The translations under genes and the position numbers were made by a program. The notes below the pieces were generated by a model, which ran no database searches, was not told the DNA's origin, and worked only from the letters and a program-made list of their open reading frames with translations. From Candidatus Thorarchaeota archaeon (GTDB taxonomy: Archaea; Asgardarchaeota; Thorarchaeia; Thorarchaeales; Thorarchaeaceae), in NCBI GenBank assembly GCA_003345595.1, contig PRDI01000101.1:1-19824 (forward strand): a stretch of DNA of 19,824 bases. Direction: 5' to 3'. Shown here piece after piece: positions 1 to 10,571 of the stretch (within the stretch, counting starts at the first letter, position 1; the number at the start of each line of letters is the position of its first letter).

Positions 1-279
1 AGTTCTGTCAAAGATCCTATTATAGTGTCCGATGTCAAGACCCACTTTGAGGCAGTCGATGCTGAGTACGCCTACCTGTCACAGCGCTTCGGGAGGAAGG
101 GTACTCACTGGAAGCTTCTCCTGCAATCTCTGCTAGGTACGGACGGTAAGCAGATCGACAAGATTGACATTGAGCTCTCAAACGGCCAGAGCGTCACATT
201 GTTCTTTGACATAACCAAGTACTTTGGTGTGTTTGAAGCACCCTACACTCTGATTCACAGCAAGACTCGCAGAAAGTAA
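1..279 (+). CDS. Conserved hypothetical protein, probably 5'-truncated by the window edge
   Basis: Frame 1 is open from base 1 (SSVKDPIIVSDVKTHFEAVDAEYAYL...W..LLQSL...GKQIDKIDI..SNG....FFDITKYFG) to TAA at 277-279. The AEY..L / Q.L / D.I / FDI..FG pattern resembles a small uncharacterised prokaryotic family (recalled, not searched). The GTG at 25 is probably internal. Confidence 0.7.
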   Translation, partial: SSVKDPIIVSDVKTHFEAVDAEYAYLSQRFGRKGTHWKLLLQSLLGTDGKQIDKIDIELSNGQSVTLFFDITKYFGVFEAPYTLIHSKTRRK

Positions 280-297
280 CTCACTCAGTAGGCCTGC

Positions 298-359
298 TGC
301 ACTGGAAACACACTCCAGTTGCGCCGCGCCTCAACGCCCACCTCTGTGTTTCCAGTGCA
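298..359. repeat. Perfect 15-bp inverted repeat (hairpin) between convergent genes
   Basis: TGCACTGGAAACACA (298-312) and TGTGTTTCCAGTGCA (345-359) are exact reverse complements with a 32-nt spacer. Confidence 0.9.
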
Positions 360-393
360 TGAACAATGAGCCAGTCAGCATGTGATGGATGGG

Positions 394-777
394 CTAAGCT
401 ATCGCGATTACATCTATCTCCATGCCCGCCTCTCTCGGGAGCCTTGCGACCTGTACCGTTGATCGGGCCGGGGGGTTCTTGGGGAAGTGCTTTGCATACT
501 CTGTATTCATCTCGGCGAAGTCATCCATGTTTCTTAAGAAGACAGTCGTCTTCACGACCTTCTCCATGGAGGAGCCCGCCGCCTCAAGTACAGCCTTGAG
601 GTTCCCAAGTATCTGCTTGGTTTGTTCTGTAATGGAACCTGCCACCACTTGACCTGTCGCGGGATTAATCGCTATCTGACCGGAGCAAAACACTAGGCCT
701 TTGGCCTTGATGGCTTGAGAGTACGGGCCAATGGCCTTTGGCGACTTCTCGGTTGTTATCACTTCTCGAGTACTCAT
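394..777 (-). CDS. ridA: RidA/YjgF/UK114 family reactive intermediate (enamine/imine) deaminase
   Basis: Motifs PKAIGPYSQA, CSGQIA, VVKTTVFL, PARSTVQV (catalytic Arg) and MEIDVIA. The ATG at 777 (MSTREVIT) is preferred over the track start at 789. Confidence 0.93.
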   Translation of the reverse strand: MSTREVITTEKSPKAIGPYSQAIKAKGLVFCSGQIAINPATGQVVAGSITEQTKQILGNLKAVLEAAGSSMEKVVKTTVFLRNMDDFAEMNTEYAKHFPKNPPARSTVQVARLPREAGMEIDVIAIA

Positions 778-852
778 TTTGCATCGCACTGGCTTTGAGG
801 CAGCACAGTCATTAATGTAATGGTGCCCTGACGTTGTCTTTGCCGGGAGAGC

Positions 853-1839
853 TTATGGTCTTCGGATAGGAGCCGGAGGAACGGAAAACCCAGGTGTTAT
901 CCGAGTACCCGTTTCGCCTCGAAGCGCTTTCGTTATGTTGGGCGGGTCAGTTATGATCGCGAGTTGACCACCCTTTCTTACAAAGTCGATGCAGGATTGG
1001 ATCTTGGGCAGCATGCTGCCTGCGGCAAAGTGGCCCTCATCGATGTACCGCTGTGCCTGAACGTGGTCCATTTTGTCGATGGCCTTCTGGTTAGGCTTGC
1101 CAAAGTTGAGATACGCCTTCTCTACTGCTGTGGAGATGAGCAAGAGGTCTGCTTTCAACCCAGTGGCAAGCAGTGCAGAAGCCCTATCTTTGTCGATTAC
1201 AGCTGATATGCCCTCAAGTTCTCCATTGCTCTTTCGGATGACTGGTATGCCTCCGCCGCCAACCGCGTACACGATGGTACCTTGGTTCACCAGGAGCTCA
1301 ATGGAGGGGAGCTCAATGATCTCTTTTGGCATTGGAGAGGGAACGACTCTGCGCCAGCCTCTTCCAGCGTCCTCTTTCACGGTCCAGCCATCAGCCTGAG
1401 CCCTATCCTTTGCAGTCTTCTCGTCCAAGAAGGAACCTATCGGCTTGTCCGGGTTCTTGAACGCTGGGTCATCGCTGTCCACCCGGACAAGTGTCACAAC
1501 GCTGACAACATCCTTCTTCATGTTTCTTCTTCTGAACTCATTGTTGAGAGCCTTCTGAATCATATAGCCAATGGCTCCCTGTGTGTCAGCCCCACAGGAG
1601 TCTAGAGGGACCTCGTGGAGTTCATGCTTGGAAAGCTCGGAGCGTCGAAGGATGAACCCGACCTGAGGACCGTTCCCGGAAGTGATCACCACGTCCCAGC
1701 CCTCTTGTATCATATCTGCTATGTGTTTGCAGGTTTCAGCCATAGCCATATACTGGTCAGGTACTGTCTGGTGTTGCTTGTCCTTAATCAGCGAATTGCC
1801 GCCAATCGCGATGACTGCTTTCTTGGCCACTGTACTCAT
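853..1839 (-). CDS. arcC: Carbamate kinase (or carbamate kinase-like carbamoyl-phosphate synthetase)
   Basis: Motifs AIGGNSL, GNGPQVG, TQGAIGY, P.KPIG, GWRRVVPSP, GGGGIPV, AVIDKD and GSMLPK. Start is ATG 1839 (MSTVAKK) or TTG 1848. Confidence 0.95.
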   Translation of the reverse strand: MSTVAKKAVIAIGGNSLIKDKQHQTVPDQYMAMAETCKHIADMIQEGWDVVITSGNGPQVGFILRRSELSKHELHEVPLDSCGADTQGAIGYMIQKALNNEFRRRNMKKDVVSVVTLVRVDSDDPAFKNPDKPIGSFLDEKTAKDRAQADGWTVKEDAGRGWRRVVPSPMPKEIIELPSIELLVNQGTIVYAVGGGGIPVIRKSNGELEGISAVIDKDRASALLATGLKADLLLISTAVEKAYLNFGKPNQKAIDKMDHVQAQRYIDEGHFAAGSMLPKIQSCIDFVRKGGQLAIITDPPNITKALRGETGTRITPGFSVPPAPIRRP

Positions 1840-1930
1840 CTCCGACAAATGGGGGCACAGGGGGTGCTTCGATGCCTAGTTAAAGAAAGCGGTGAGGCTT
1901 GCTTAGAAGTCCTGCACTTGTTGCTGGTGA

Positions 1931-4063
<2,133 letters not shown>

Positions 4064-4187
4064 CAGAGTCGATTTCATCTGTATTTGTGAAGGCTAACGG
4101 CTACTATGAATACTTGCAGTGTTGGCAGAAAGGAAATTGGTAGATACGATTAGTTTTATTTCCCGCAGATAACCCGCCACCTTCTCC

Positions 4188-5669
4188 ATGGCGACTGCAT
4201 ACAAGTGGCGCGCTCTCTCCGTCACTTCCCTCGGCTCACTTCTTTCAATTCTAGATGGGACGATTTTCATTATTGCCTTGCCGAGCATCATGAAAGGGCT
4301 GGATGCAGATCTTCTGACCATTACTTGGATTATCATGGGGTACATGCTCATCATGACACTCTTGGTGCCAACCTTTGGTCGTATCGCCGACATGGTTGGG
4401 CGTAAGAAGCTGTACATAGGTGGTTTCATTCTCTTTACTGTTTCATCCTTGTTTTGCGGTACGGCTGTGTCAGGGTTTCAGCTCCTGATCTTCCGAATGA
4501 TTCAGGCCATCGGCGGGTCTCTGCTAGTGGCGAACAGCGCCGCGATTGTCACGGATGCATTTCCCAAGGAGGAATTGGGGACCGCGATGGGGATCAACAG
4601 CATGATCTTCGGCGTGGGGGCTGCGATCGGTCCTGTTCTAGGCGGCTTGCTCCTCCAATTTGGCTGGCGCTTCATTTTCTTCATCAACATCCCGACGGGC
4701 GCGATTGGCACCATATGGGGAGCAGTCCAACTCAAGGAATTGGTGAAATTCCCGAAAAAGCGGAAGTTCGACTGGATTGGCACCGTCCTATTCACTATCG
4801 GCATTTCGGGATTACTGGTCGGGCTGTCATTTGGAGGTTTTGTCGGGTGGTTCAGCCCGATGATTATAGTCGTGATTCCAGTCGGAGCGGTTTGTTTCTT
4901 CCTTTTTGCAGAAGTGGAAAGGAGAGCCGAGTTTCCCATGATGGATTTGCGCTTGTTCAAAGCTTCGCGGTTGGCCTATGGATTTGGCGCCGCGCTGCTA
5001 AATGCAATCGCCCGAGGAGCGGTCATCTTCCTCCTTACGTTCTTCCTGCAAATCATCTTGGAGCTGGACCCCATCACGGCGGCGATCTACTTGACTCCCT
5101 TTGCTGTTGCACTGACCATTGGGGCGCCGGTTAGTGGCAGGCTTGCCGACAGGTACGGGACACGGGAGTTGTCGACGATTGGCTTGCTTATCTCAGCAAT
5201 TGGCTTGCTGGGCATGATGTTTGTTTCCATCGACACCTCGTTTCTGGAGCTGGTCTTGTGGATGAGCCTCATGGGTCTTGGCTCGGGGCTATTCTTCTCT
5301 CCCAACGCCAAGGTGATAATGGAGGCCGTACCTCCTCTCAAACGTGGCATTGCCACTGGTGTGCGGTCGATGTTGTTCAACGCGGGACAGGTCGTTAGCT
5401 TGGGGTTGGCCTTGGCAATCCTGTCCGAGGCGATATCGCTCAACGCATTGACGAATCTGTTCCTTGGATTGCAGGTGGGATCTGAAGGCGTGGAAATCGC
5501 TGAATTCATCATTGGGATCAGATTTGTGTTCACGATTTCATTTGCCGCGACTTTGCTTGCGGCGTTCATTTCGTCCCGCAAAGGTGTCCCGCCGCAATGG
5601 GAGAACAACGCTGAGGCGATTCCCAAGGGAGAAGCAGCGAACGTTCCGGCCGGAGAACATTCCCTCTGA
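4188..5669 (+). CDS. MFS drug:H+ antiporter, DHA2 (EmrB/QacA) family
   Basis: Strongly hydrophobic throughout, with motif D1 (LDGTIFIIALPSI), motif A (GRIADMVGRKK), motif B (FRMIQAIGG), motif C (GAAIGPVLGG), WRFIFFINIP, FDWIG and a second motif A (GRLADRYG). Confidence 0.93.
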   Translation: MATAYKWRALSVTSLGSLLSILDGTIFIIALPSIMKGLDADLLTITWIIMGYMLIMTLLVPTFGRIADMVGRKKLYIGGFILFTVSSLFCGTAVSGFQLLIFRMIQAIGGSLLVANSAAIVTDAFPKEELGTAMGINSMIFGVGAAIGPVLGGLLLQFGWRFIFFINIPTGAIGTIWGAVQLKELVKFPKKRKFDWIGTVLFTIGISGLLVGLSFGGFVGWFSPMIIVVIPVGAVCFFLFAEVERRAEFPMMDLRLFKASRLAYGFGAALLNAIARGAVIFLLTFFLQIILELDPITAAIYLTPFAVALTIGAPVSGRLADRYGTRELSTIGLLISAIGLLGMMFVSIDTSFLELVLWMSLMGLGSGLFFSPNAKVIMEAVPPLKRGIATGVRSMLFNAGQVVSLGLALAILSEAISLNALTNLFLGLQVGSEGVEIAEFIIGIRFVFTISFAATLLAAFISSRKGVPPQWENNAEAIPKGEAANVPAGEHSL

Positions 5670-5783
5670 TTCAAAGGATATCGAATACAGTGTCGCAACA
5701 GTACCAACTCGAAAGGGTGAGGCAGACATATTGCCATTCCTCAAGTTTCTTGTCCATTGCAGTCGGTTCTCTCTCCTTAGTGA

Positions 5784-5975
5784 CGGACCAGAGAAGAGCT
5801 TGAACACATCGAAATGGGATTGGGTGGACGTGTTTCCTCCAGCATGAACAAGAACACCAAGTATGTTGTTGCAGGGCTAAGTGCGGGTTCCAAGCTGGGC
5901 AAGGCAGAAGATCTCGGTGTCGACGTGGTATCGGAAGCGGAATTCGCCGAAATGCCGGCAAGAACAGGGAGCTAG
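5784..5975 (+). pseudogene. Relic of a LigA C-terminal BRCT domain (ligA 3' fragment)
   Basis: Manual translation gives [63 protein letters not shown]. It aligns without gaps to the LigA C-terminus in this window (33/57 identical by hand count). In-frame TAG-TGA stops precede it at 5778-5783. It is absent from the ORF track. Confidence 0.85.
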
Positions 5976-6290
5976 CAGCGAGCCACGAATCCTCGAGTGC
6001 CTTCTAGTCTGCTGGACAATCTCTTCAGGGCTCTCCTCATCACGTTTTGCGGGCGTGTCCTCTCCAAGGCCTTTGAATCTGCAGTTAAACGACGTAGACA
6101 GTTGGTCATCACACTGTTTCTGTCGAAGCGCCAAAAGCTTTATGTCAATTGTTCCTATCCTTCTCAGCCGACGGCTCGTGCATCACTTGATTACGTTACA
6201 TCTTTGGTAAAGCCCGCTAGTGGGCGATTTGGGCTTTGACTTCTTTGTTCTAATGATTCGGCACAAGCTCGTATTGCAGGAGGATCTGAA

Positions 6291-7742
6291 ATGAGAGAAA
6301 AGGGACTGAAACGTGTGAGAACAGCGTCAGCAGTGATAGCTGCATTGCTCTTTCTGGGCGCGTTCTACGCGTTGACAACTAGTCCGGTGGCAGCATCAGT
6401 TGAAACCGAGATAGTCGTCGACGTTGGGAACATAACCGATCTTATCTGGTCATCAAGCGGAACCAGGATAGCGTATGTGAAGTGTCCTGATGGTCAGCAA
6501 TGGGGCGGACTCTGGGTGGGGGACTGGGATGGTCATGAAGTCACCAATGTGCAGTTGCTGTACACAGAAGTTGACGGGACTAGACTAGAAGACTGGCAAG
6601 GAAGCTGGATCCTTTTCATGATACGACATGAGAATGGTCTTCCAAGCGAATACTACGGCCGCGGGGAACTCTGGAAGATCCGAGATGATGGAACCCAGCT
6701 TACTCAGATTACCTTTACGTATACAAACGGGATAAGAACAGAATGGTGGAACCCCGCATACACAAACATTGGCACTGCAAACTGGGGGCGCTTTATTCCC
6801 GGAACTGGTTTCGTGTACTTCTCTGCCCATGATGGCAACGGGTGGTGGAAGGCTTACACATGCAATGCTGACGGTACTGATGACTGGAATTTGATCAGTG
6901 GGAACACGTTTTCATTCACTATCGGTATGTCGCCCACAGGCAACAAGCTCGTGTGGGGTACGAGCTGGTACTGGAATCAGCCCACAACGCTCATGGCAAG
7001 CAACGTCGACGGGACGGAAAGGATAACCATCAGACAGTTTCCATTCAAGACCTATCCTTTGGTGTTGGCAGATGGAAACACAGTCGTGTACAGCAGGCCA
7101 GACGGTAACATCGGCGCGATTCAAATAGATGGGACCGCTGATCGGGTGGTGATCGATGACGAATACGCCAATTACTGGGCGAACTACGATCCTGTTGACG
7201 GGCAGTCGTTTCTAATGAGCAGCAACCGCGATCCGGACGGCAATGTTCACATTTTCAGCGTTGGAGTTAGCGGCACCGAAGTTTTCCAGCTCACAGACGG
7301 TCCATACAATGATGACAGCCCAATCTATTCTCCCAACGGATACTGTGTCCTGTACAGGAGACTTCCTGTCGGGTCCGATACATACACATACGAGTTAGTC
7401 ATCAGATGGATTGCCAAACAGATCGAAATCGACATCAAACCAGGTAGTGAATGCAACCCCATCAACCTCGGATCCAGAGGCAAGACAGCAGTTGCTGTAC
7501 TAACCACAAGCAACTTCGACGCCTCAACAGTCAATCCGGTCACGGTAGTATTCGCTCAAGCCGTTGCACTGCGGTGGAATCTTGAAGATGTTGATGGTGA
7601 CGGCGACCTCGATCTTGTTCTACACTTCAGTACACAAAGTCTTGAGCTTGCCATTGATAGCACTGAAGGAATCCTGACTGGATTCACGTTCGGCTGGGAG
7701 CTTATCGAAGGCAGAGACTCAGTCAGAATAGTCCCGCCCTAG
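6291..7742 (+). CDS. Secreted TolB-like (PD40/WD40-like) beta-propeller protein with a C-terminal DIKPG-type domain carrying a DxDGDG Ca-binding motif
   Basis: AGGAGG RBS at 6278-6283 and a signal peptide (basic N-region, hydrophobic core, VAA|S). Repeats WSSSGTRIAY, MSPTGNKLVW, YSPNGYCVLY and (I/C)xxDGT..QLT. The C-terminal domain reads IDIKPGS..NPIN...EDVDGDGDLDLVLHF. Confidence 0.8.
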   Translation: MREKGLKRVRTASAVIAALLFLGAFYALTTSPVAASVETEIVVDVGNITDLIWSSSGTRIAYVKCPDGQQWGGLWVGDWDGHEVTNVQLLYTEVDGTRLEDWQGSWILFMIRHENGLPSEYYGRGELWKIRDDGTQLTQITFTYTNGIRTEWWNPAYTNIGTANWGRFIPGTGFVYFSAHDGNGWWKAYTCNADGTDDWNLISGNTFSFTIGMSPTGNKLVWGTSWYWNQPTTLMASNVDGTERITIRQFPFKTYPLVLADGNTVVYSRPDGNIGAIQIDGTADRVVIDDEYANYWANYDPVDGQSFLMSSNRDPDGNVHIFSVGVSGTEVFQLTDGPYNDDSPIYSPNGYCVLYRRLPVGSDTYTYELVIRWIAKQIEIDIKPGSECNPINLGSRGKTAVAVLTTSNFDASTVNPVTVVFAQAVALRWNLEDVDGDGDLDLVLHFSTQSLELAIDSTEGILTGFTFGWELIEGRDSVRIVPP

Positions 7743-7791
7743 GGTTCATGAGAAACACACTGAGGTCTGGAAACCGATCTGTGTCTGTGGT

Positions 7792-7818
7792 GAGGGGCCA
7801 TGCGCTCCTCCCGTTTTT
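7792..7818 (+). terminator. Possible hairpin plus T-tract terminator after the propeller gene
   Basis: GAGGGGC-catgc-GCTCCTC stem (one G-U pair) followed by CCGTTTTT, about 50 nt after the stop codon. Confidence 0.4.
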
Positions 7819-8050
7819 CTCAATTGCGGATTGCCGGTGCGCTCCATGGCGTCTGCGAATGTCTTTTGCCGTGTTCATTAGAACCCATCCCTCCACCCCA
7901 CAGCCAGTGAGAGGATGACTGACAGTAAGGTCGAATCAGACGAGACCCCGAGCGAAAACCGGATTGTTTAATTCGATAGAAACGCTATCGCACGCGTCTT
8001 TGCTGATCCGAATCTCTGAGCAGCTAGTAGGCAATGCGGGGTCGAGGTCA

Positions 8051-10456
8051 ATGAATGGTAGACATGCCTTATTCATCGTGGTCTTCCTGTGTCTCACGGT
8101 GCAGTGCATACTGATACTGCCGGGTTCTCTCGGATGCTCTTCGGGTCTTTCTTATCTCGAGGACGACAGTGAACCGCAAGCCAAGCAGACTCTGTCATCG
8201 TCATGGCTGTTTGGATGGTCCTTCAGGAAGTCACACACCATAGAAGGTTCTACGGGTGCTGGCCCCGATTACCAGATCAGAATAGTCGCTCATTACGGTT
8301 CAGGAAATGATTCCGGCGCTGATGTATATCTCGACCACAAAAGCCAGGCTGATTTCGATGACATTCGTTTCACGGACGAGGATGGTCTAACGCTACTGCA
8401 ATATTGGATGGAGGAAGCGGCAGTCTCCGATCAAGCAGTGTTTTGGGTAAGAATAGGTGACAATCTGAATTTCACTGTGCACATCTACGTGTACTATGGC
8501 AACTATGTGTGTTCATCGATCAGTAACGGTTTTGCGACACTCATCTTCTTCGAAGACTTCGAGTCGGGCGTTCTGAGTCCAGCAAGGTGGGAAGATCCCG
8601 GTGACTGGCAGATTGTTGAAACAAACGTCAAACACGGGTCATACGCGGCATACTGTGTTGCGATGGCGCCCGAACTTACTCTATGGTGTAATCTGACTTC
8701 CAAACACCTTAACTACGGATTCATGCTTCATGTTTGGGCCAGATTTGGAGGTCTTTCAGGGTCCGCAGGTTACCCTGAGCTGTTCAGAGACTCTGATGGA
8801 GAACAGGTATACTCTGTAATGGTCTACTTCGGGCAGTACTGCTATGACCACGTCGGATCAAATCCCACACCTTGGCCAGCTAACAACACGATCTCATCAA
8901 ACACGTACTATAGAACGGAACTCGGGTTCGACTTCCAGAACGATAGACAACGATGCTGGAAATCGGGCAGCTACATGGGCGAAATAGATCTCAAAGATAT
9001 CTTCGGGGGCTCGGTCACTGAAATCATCTATTATGGTCCGGCGTCAGGATACCATTCTGGAGAAGATGTGTGGCTTGACGATTGCTACATCAGAAAATGG
9101 GTTCCTGATGAACCTGTACACGCCGCCTGGGGCATCGAAGAGATCGGCTCAGCCCCAGCGGACATGCTTAGATGGCATCATGACTGTTCGAATACAACCG
9201 GATGGGTCGTGGACGTCAAAGCATCGGAATCGAATCAGTTTGACCTGGGAATATTTGAGGTCCAGGATAACGTTTCAATCGTCTCTGACGGAGTTGGCAT
9301 TTACTCGAATTCAATACCTTATCATTCTGGTTACTTCCATGGCGCCACGTTCACATACACCCTTACCGCTGCGATCCTCGCAGGTTATGGGCTTGCTTTT
9401 CGGGCGCAGGTGAACCACACAGGATCGTCTAACAGGATGGGGGGCGTCACAGTGGCACTCTATGATGAGAACAAGAGTCTCGCGTACTTTGTAGGCACTC
9501 AAGACATGTGGTACGGCTCACATGTGGTGACGATTCTGGGCTATAAGGACGAAGACGGAAGGCGACTCAACATCACTGATCGAGATGGCCCTCTTGTAGT
9601 TGGCCTGCGGATATGGCAGGATGAAACAGATGGCTGCATCTATGCCAATGACACTCTTTCTATCCATTCATTGGCCACAAAAGGGACCTATGTACCCGAG
9701 AGATGGATTCGCTATGTGGCGTTGACATTCTACAATGGTGAGGACAATCAGTACGAGAGTGAAAGAGTGGTGGACATCAGTCTCACTGGTCAAGCCGGCG
9801 TATTAGCGATATCTCACCCTGAAGACATTGAATACGAGGCTGGAACTACCGGTCACTCGATAGACTGGACACACTCCGTACCCTTGCCAGGTGCCTACGA
9901 GATACTGCGGAATGGAGAATCTGTTCGGTTTGAAGCTTGGGACGGATCTCGAATCAGTGTCCCGGTTGATGGTTTCGATCCTGGAGTCTACAACTTCACT
10001 AACGTGATCCGCTACAATATGACAGAAATCGTGAGCGACACTGTCATTGTCACAGTTGTTGACACGACCCCACCCGTGATTAATCACCCGGTGGACATCC
10101 GCATGAATGAGACAGACACAGGGCTGTCGATTGTGTGGACCCCCTCTGACCTGTATCCTGCCAGCTGGGAAGTCAGGCTGAATGGGACTGTGGTTGCATC
10201 AGGAGCCTGGAACTCGACCGGAGAGGACGTTGTCGTTTCTCTCAATGGCCTCAACCCCGGAACGTACGTGTACACTATTACCGTTGCAGACATGAGCGGC
10301 AACCTGGAGGACGATATGGTTGCCGTGAGAGTAGAGAGAGTTCCAGATTGGTGGGAACTCTTCGGGCCATTCGGTTCTGTGACTATGACTATCACGATAG
10401 GATCCTTGGCTGTGATGGTGATTTTCGGAGCGCTGATTTGTCGGACGAGGAAGTAG
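8051..10456 (+). CDS. Membrane-anchored cell-surface protein: DUF2341 domain, beta-sandwich/lectin-like regions, two Ig-like repeats and a C-terminal TM helix
   Basis: GAGGT RBS before ATG 8051 and a hydrophobic signal segment. DUF2341 signature DFDDIRFT.EDG.TLL.YW.E...FWVRI...IYVYYGN. Two repeats of HP.DI...G.TG.SI.WT...Y/W.I..NG....AW. Ends in a TM segment and RTRK tail. Many NxS/T sequons. Confidence 0.85.
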   Translation: MNGRHALFIVVFLCLTVQCILILPGSLGCSSGLSYLEDDSEPQAKQTLSSSWLFGWSFRKSHTIEGSTGAGPDYQIRIVAHYGSGNDSGADVYLDHKSQADFDDIRFTDEDGLTLLQYWMEEAAVSDQAVFWVRIGDNLNFTVHIYVYYGNYVCSSISNGFATLIFFEDFESGVLSPARWEDPGDWQIVETNVKHGSYAAYCVAMAPELTLWCNLTSKHLNYGFMLHVWARFGGLSGSAGYPELFRDSDGEQVYSVMVYFGQYCYDHVGSNPTPWPANNTISSNTYYRTELGFDFQNDRQRCWKSGSYMGEIDLKDIFGGSVTEIIYYGPASGYHSGEDVWLDDCYIRKWVPDEPVHAAWGIEEIGSAPADMLRWHHDCSNTTGWVVDVKASESNQFDLGIFEVQDNVSIVSDGVGIYSNSIPYHSGYFHGATFTYTLTAAILAGYGLAFRAQVNHTGSSNRMGGVTVALYDENKSLAYFVGTQDMWYGSHVVTILGYKDEDGRRLNITDRDGPLVVGLRIWQDETDGCIYANDTLSIHSLATKGTYVPERWIRYVALTFYNGEDNQYESERVVDISLTGQAGVLAISHPEDIEYEAGTTGHSIDWTHSVPLPGAYEILRNGESVRFEAWDGSRISVPVDGFDPGVYNFTNVIRYNMTEIVSDTVIVTVVDTTPPVINHPVDIRMNETDTGLSIVWTPSDLYPASWEVRLNGTVVASGAWNSTGEDVVVSLNGLNPGTYVYTITVADMSGNLEDDMVAVRVERVPDWWELFGPFGSVTMTITIGSLAVMVIFGALICRTRK

Positions 10457-10571
10457 GTATTGACAGCAAGCAGGGCTTTCTCCTAGTAGGCCGTCTGACA
10501 GGCATTTGGAGTCTGGACCACTCATCGCGGTTGATGTCCATGAAACGAGAGTAGTCATGAGGAAATAGAGT

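Noticed and set aside
5707-5735. Two small hairpins (ACTC-GAAA-GGGT; GGCA...TGCC) after the MFS stop, considered as a riboswitch or ncRNA
   Set aside because: The stems are only 4 bp and match no RNA family I recognise.
4454-5737. Long alternative-frame and antisense ORFs (226, 152 and 216 aa) over the MFS gene
   Set aside because: These are shadows of a hydrophobic gene's codon usage and have no family features.
6209-6237. AAAGCCC...GGGCTTT inverted repeat upstream of the propeller gene
   Set aside because: The 7-bp arms and 15-nt loop are too weak to assign a function.
5671-6239. Track ORFs 5671-5961, 5877-6134, 5881-6210 and 5997-6239
   Set aside because: None looks protein-like. The real signal is the BRCT relic in a different frame (5784-5975).
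7745-7790. SECIS-like appearance (UGA...AAA...GA hairpin) in a lineage known for selenoproteins
   Set aside because: The upper stem is far too short, and no neighbouring gene shows an in-frame TGA at a Cys position.
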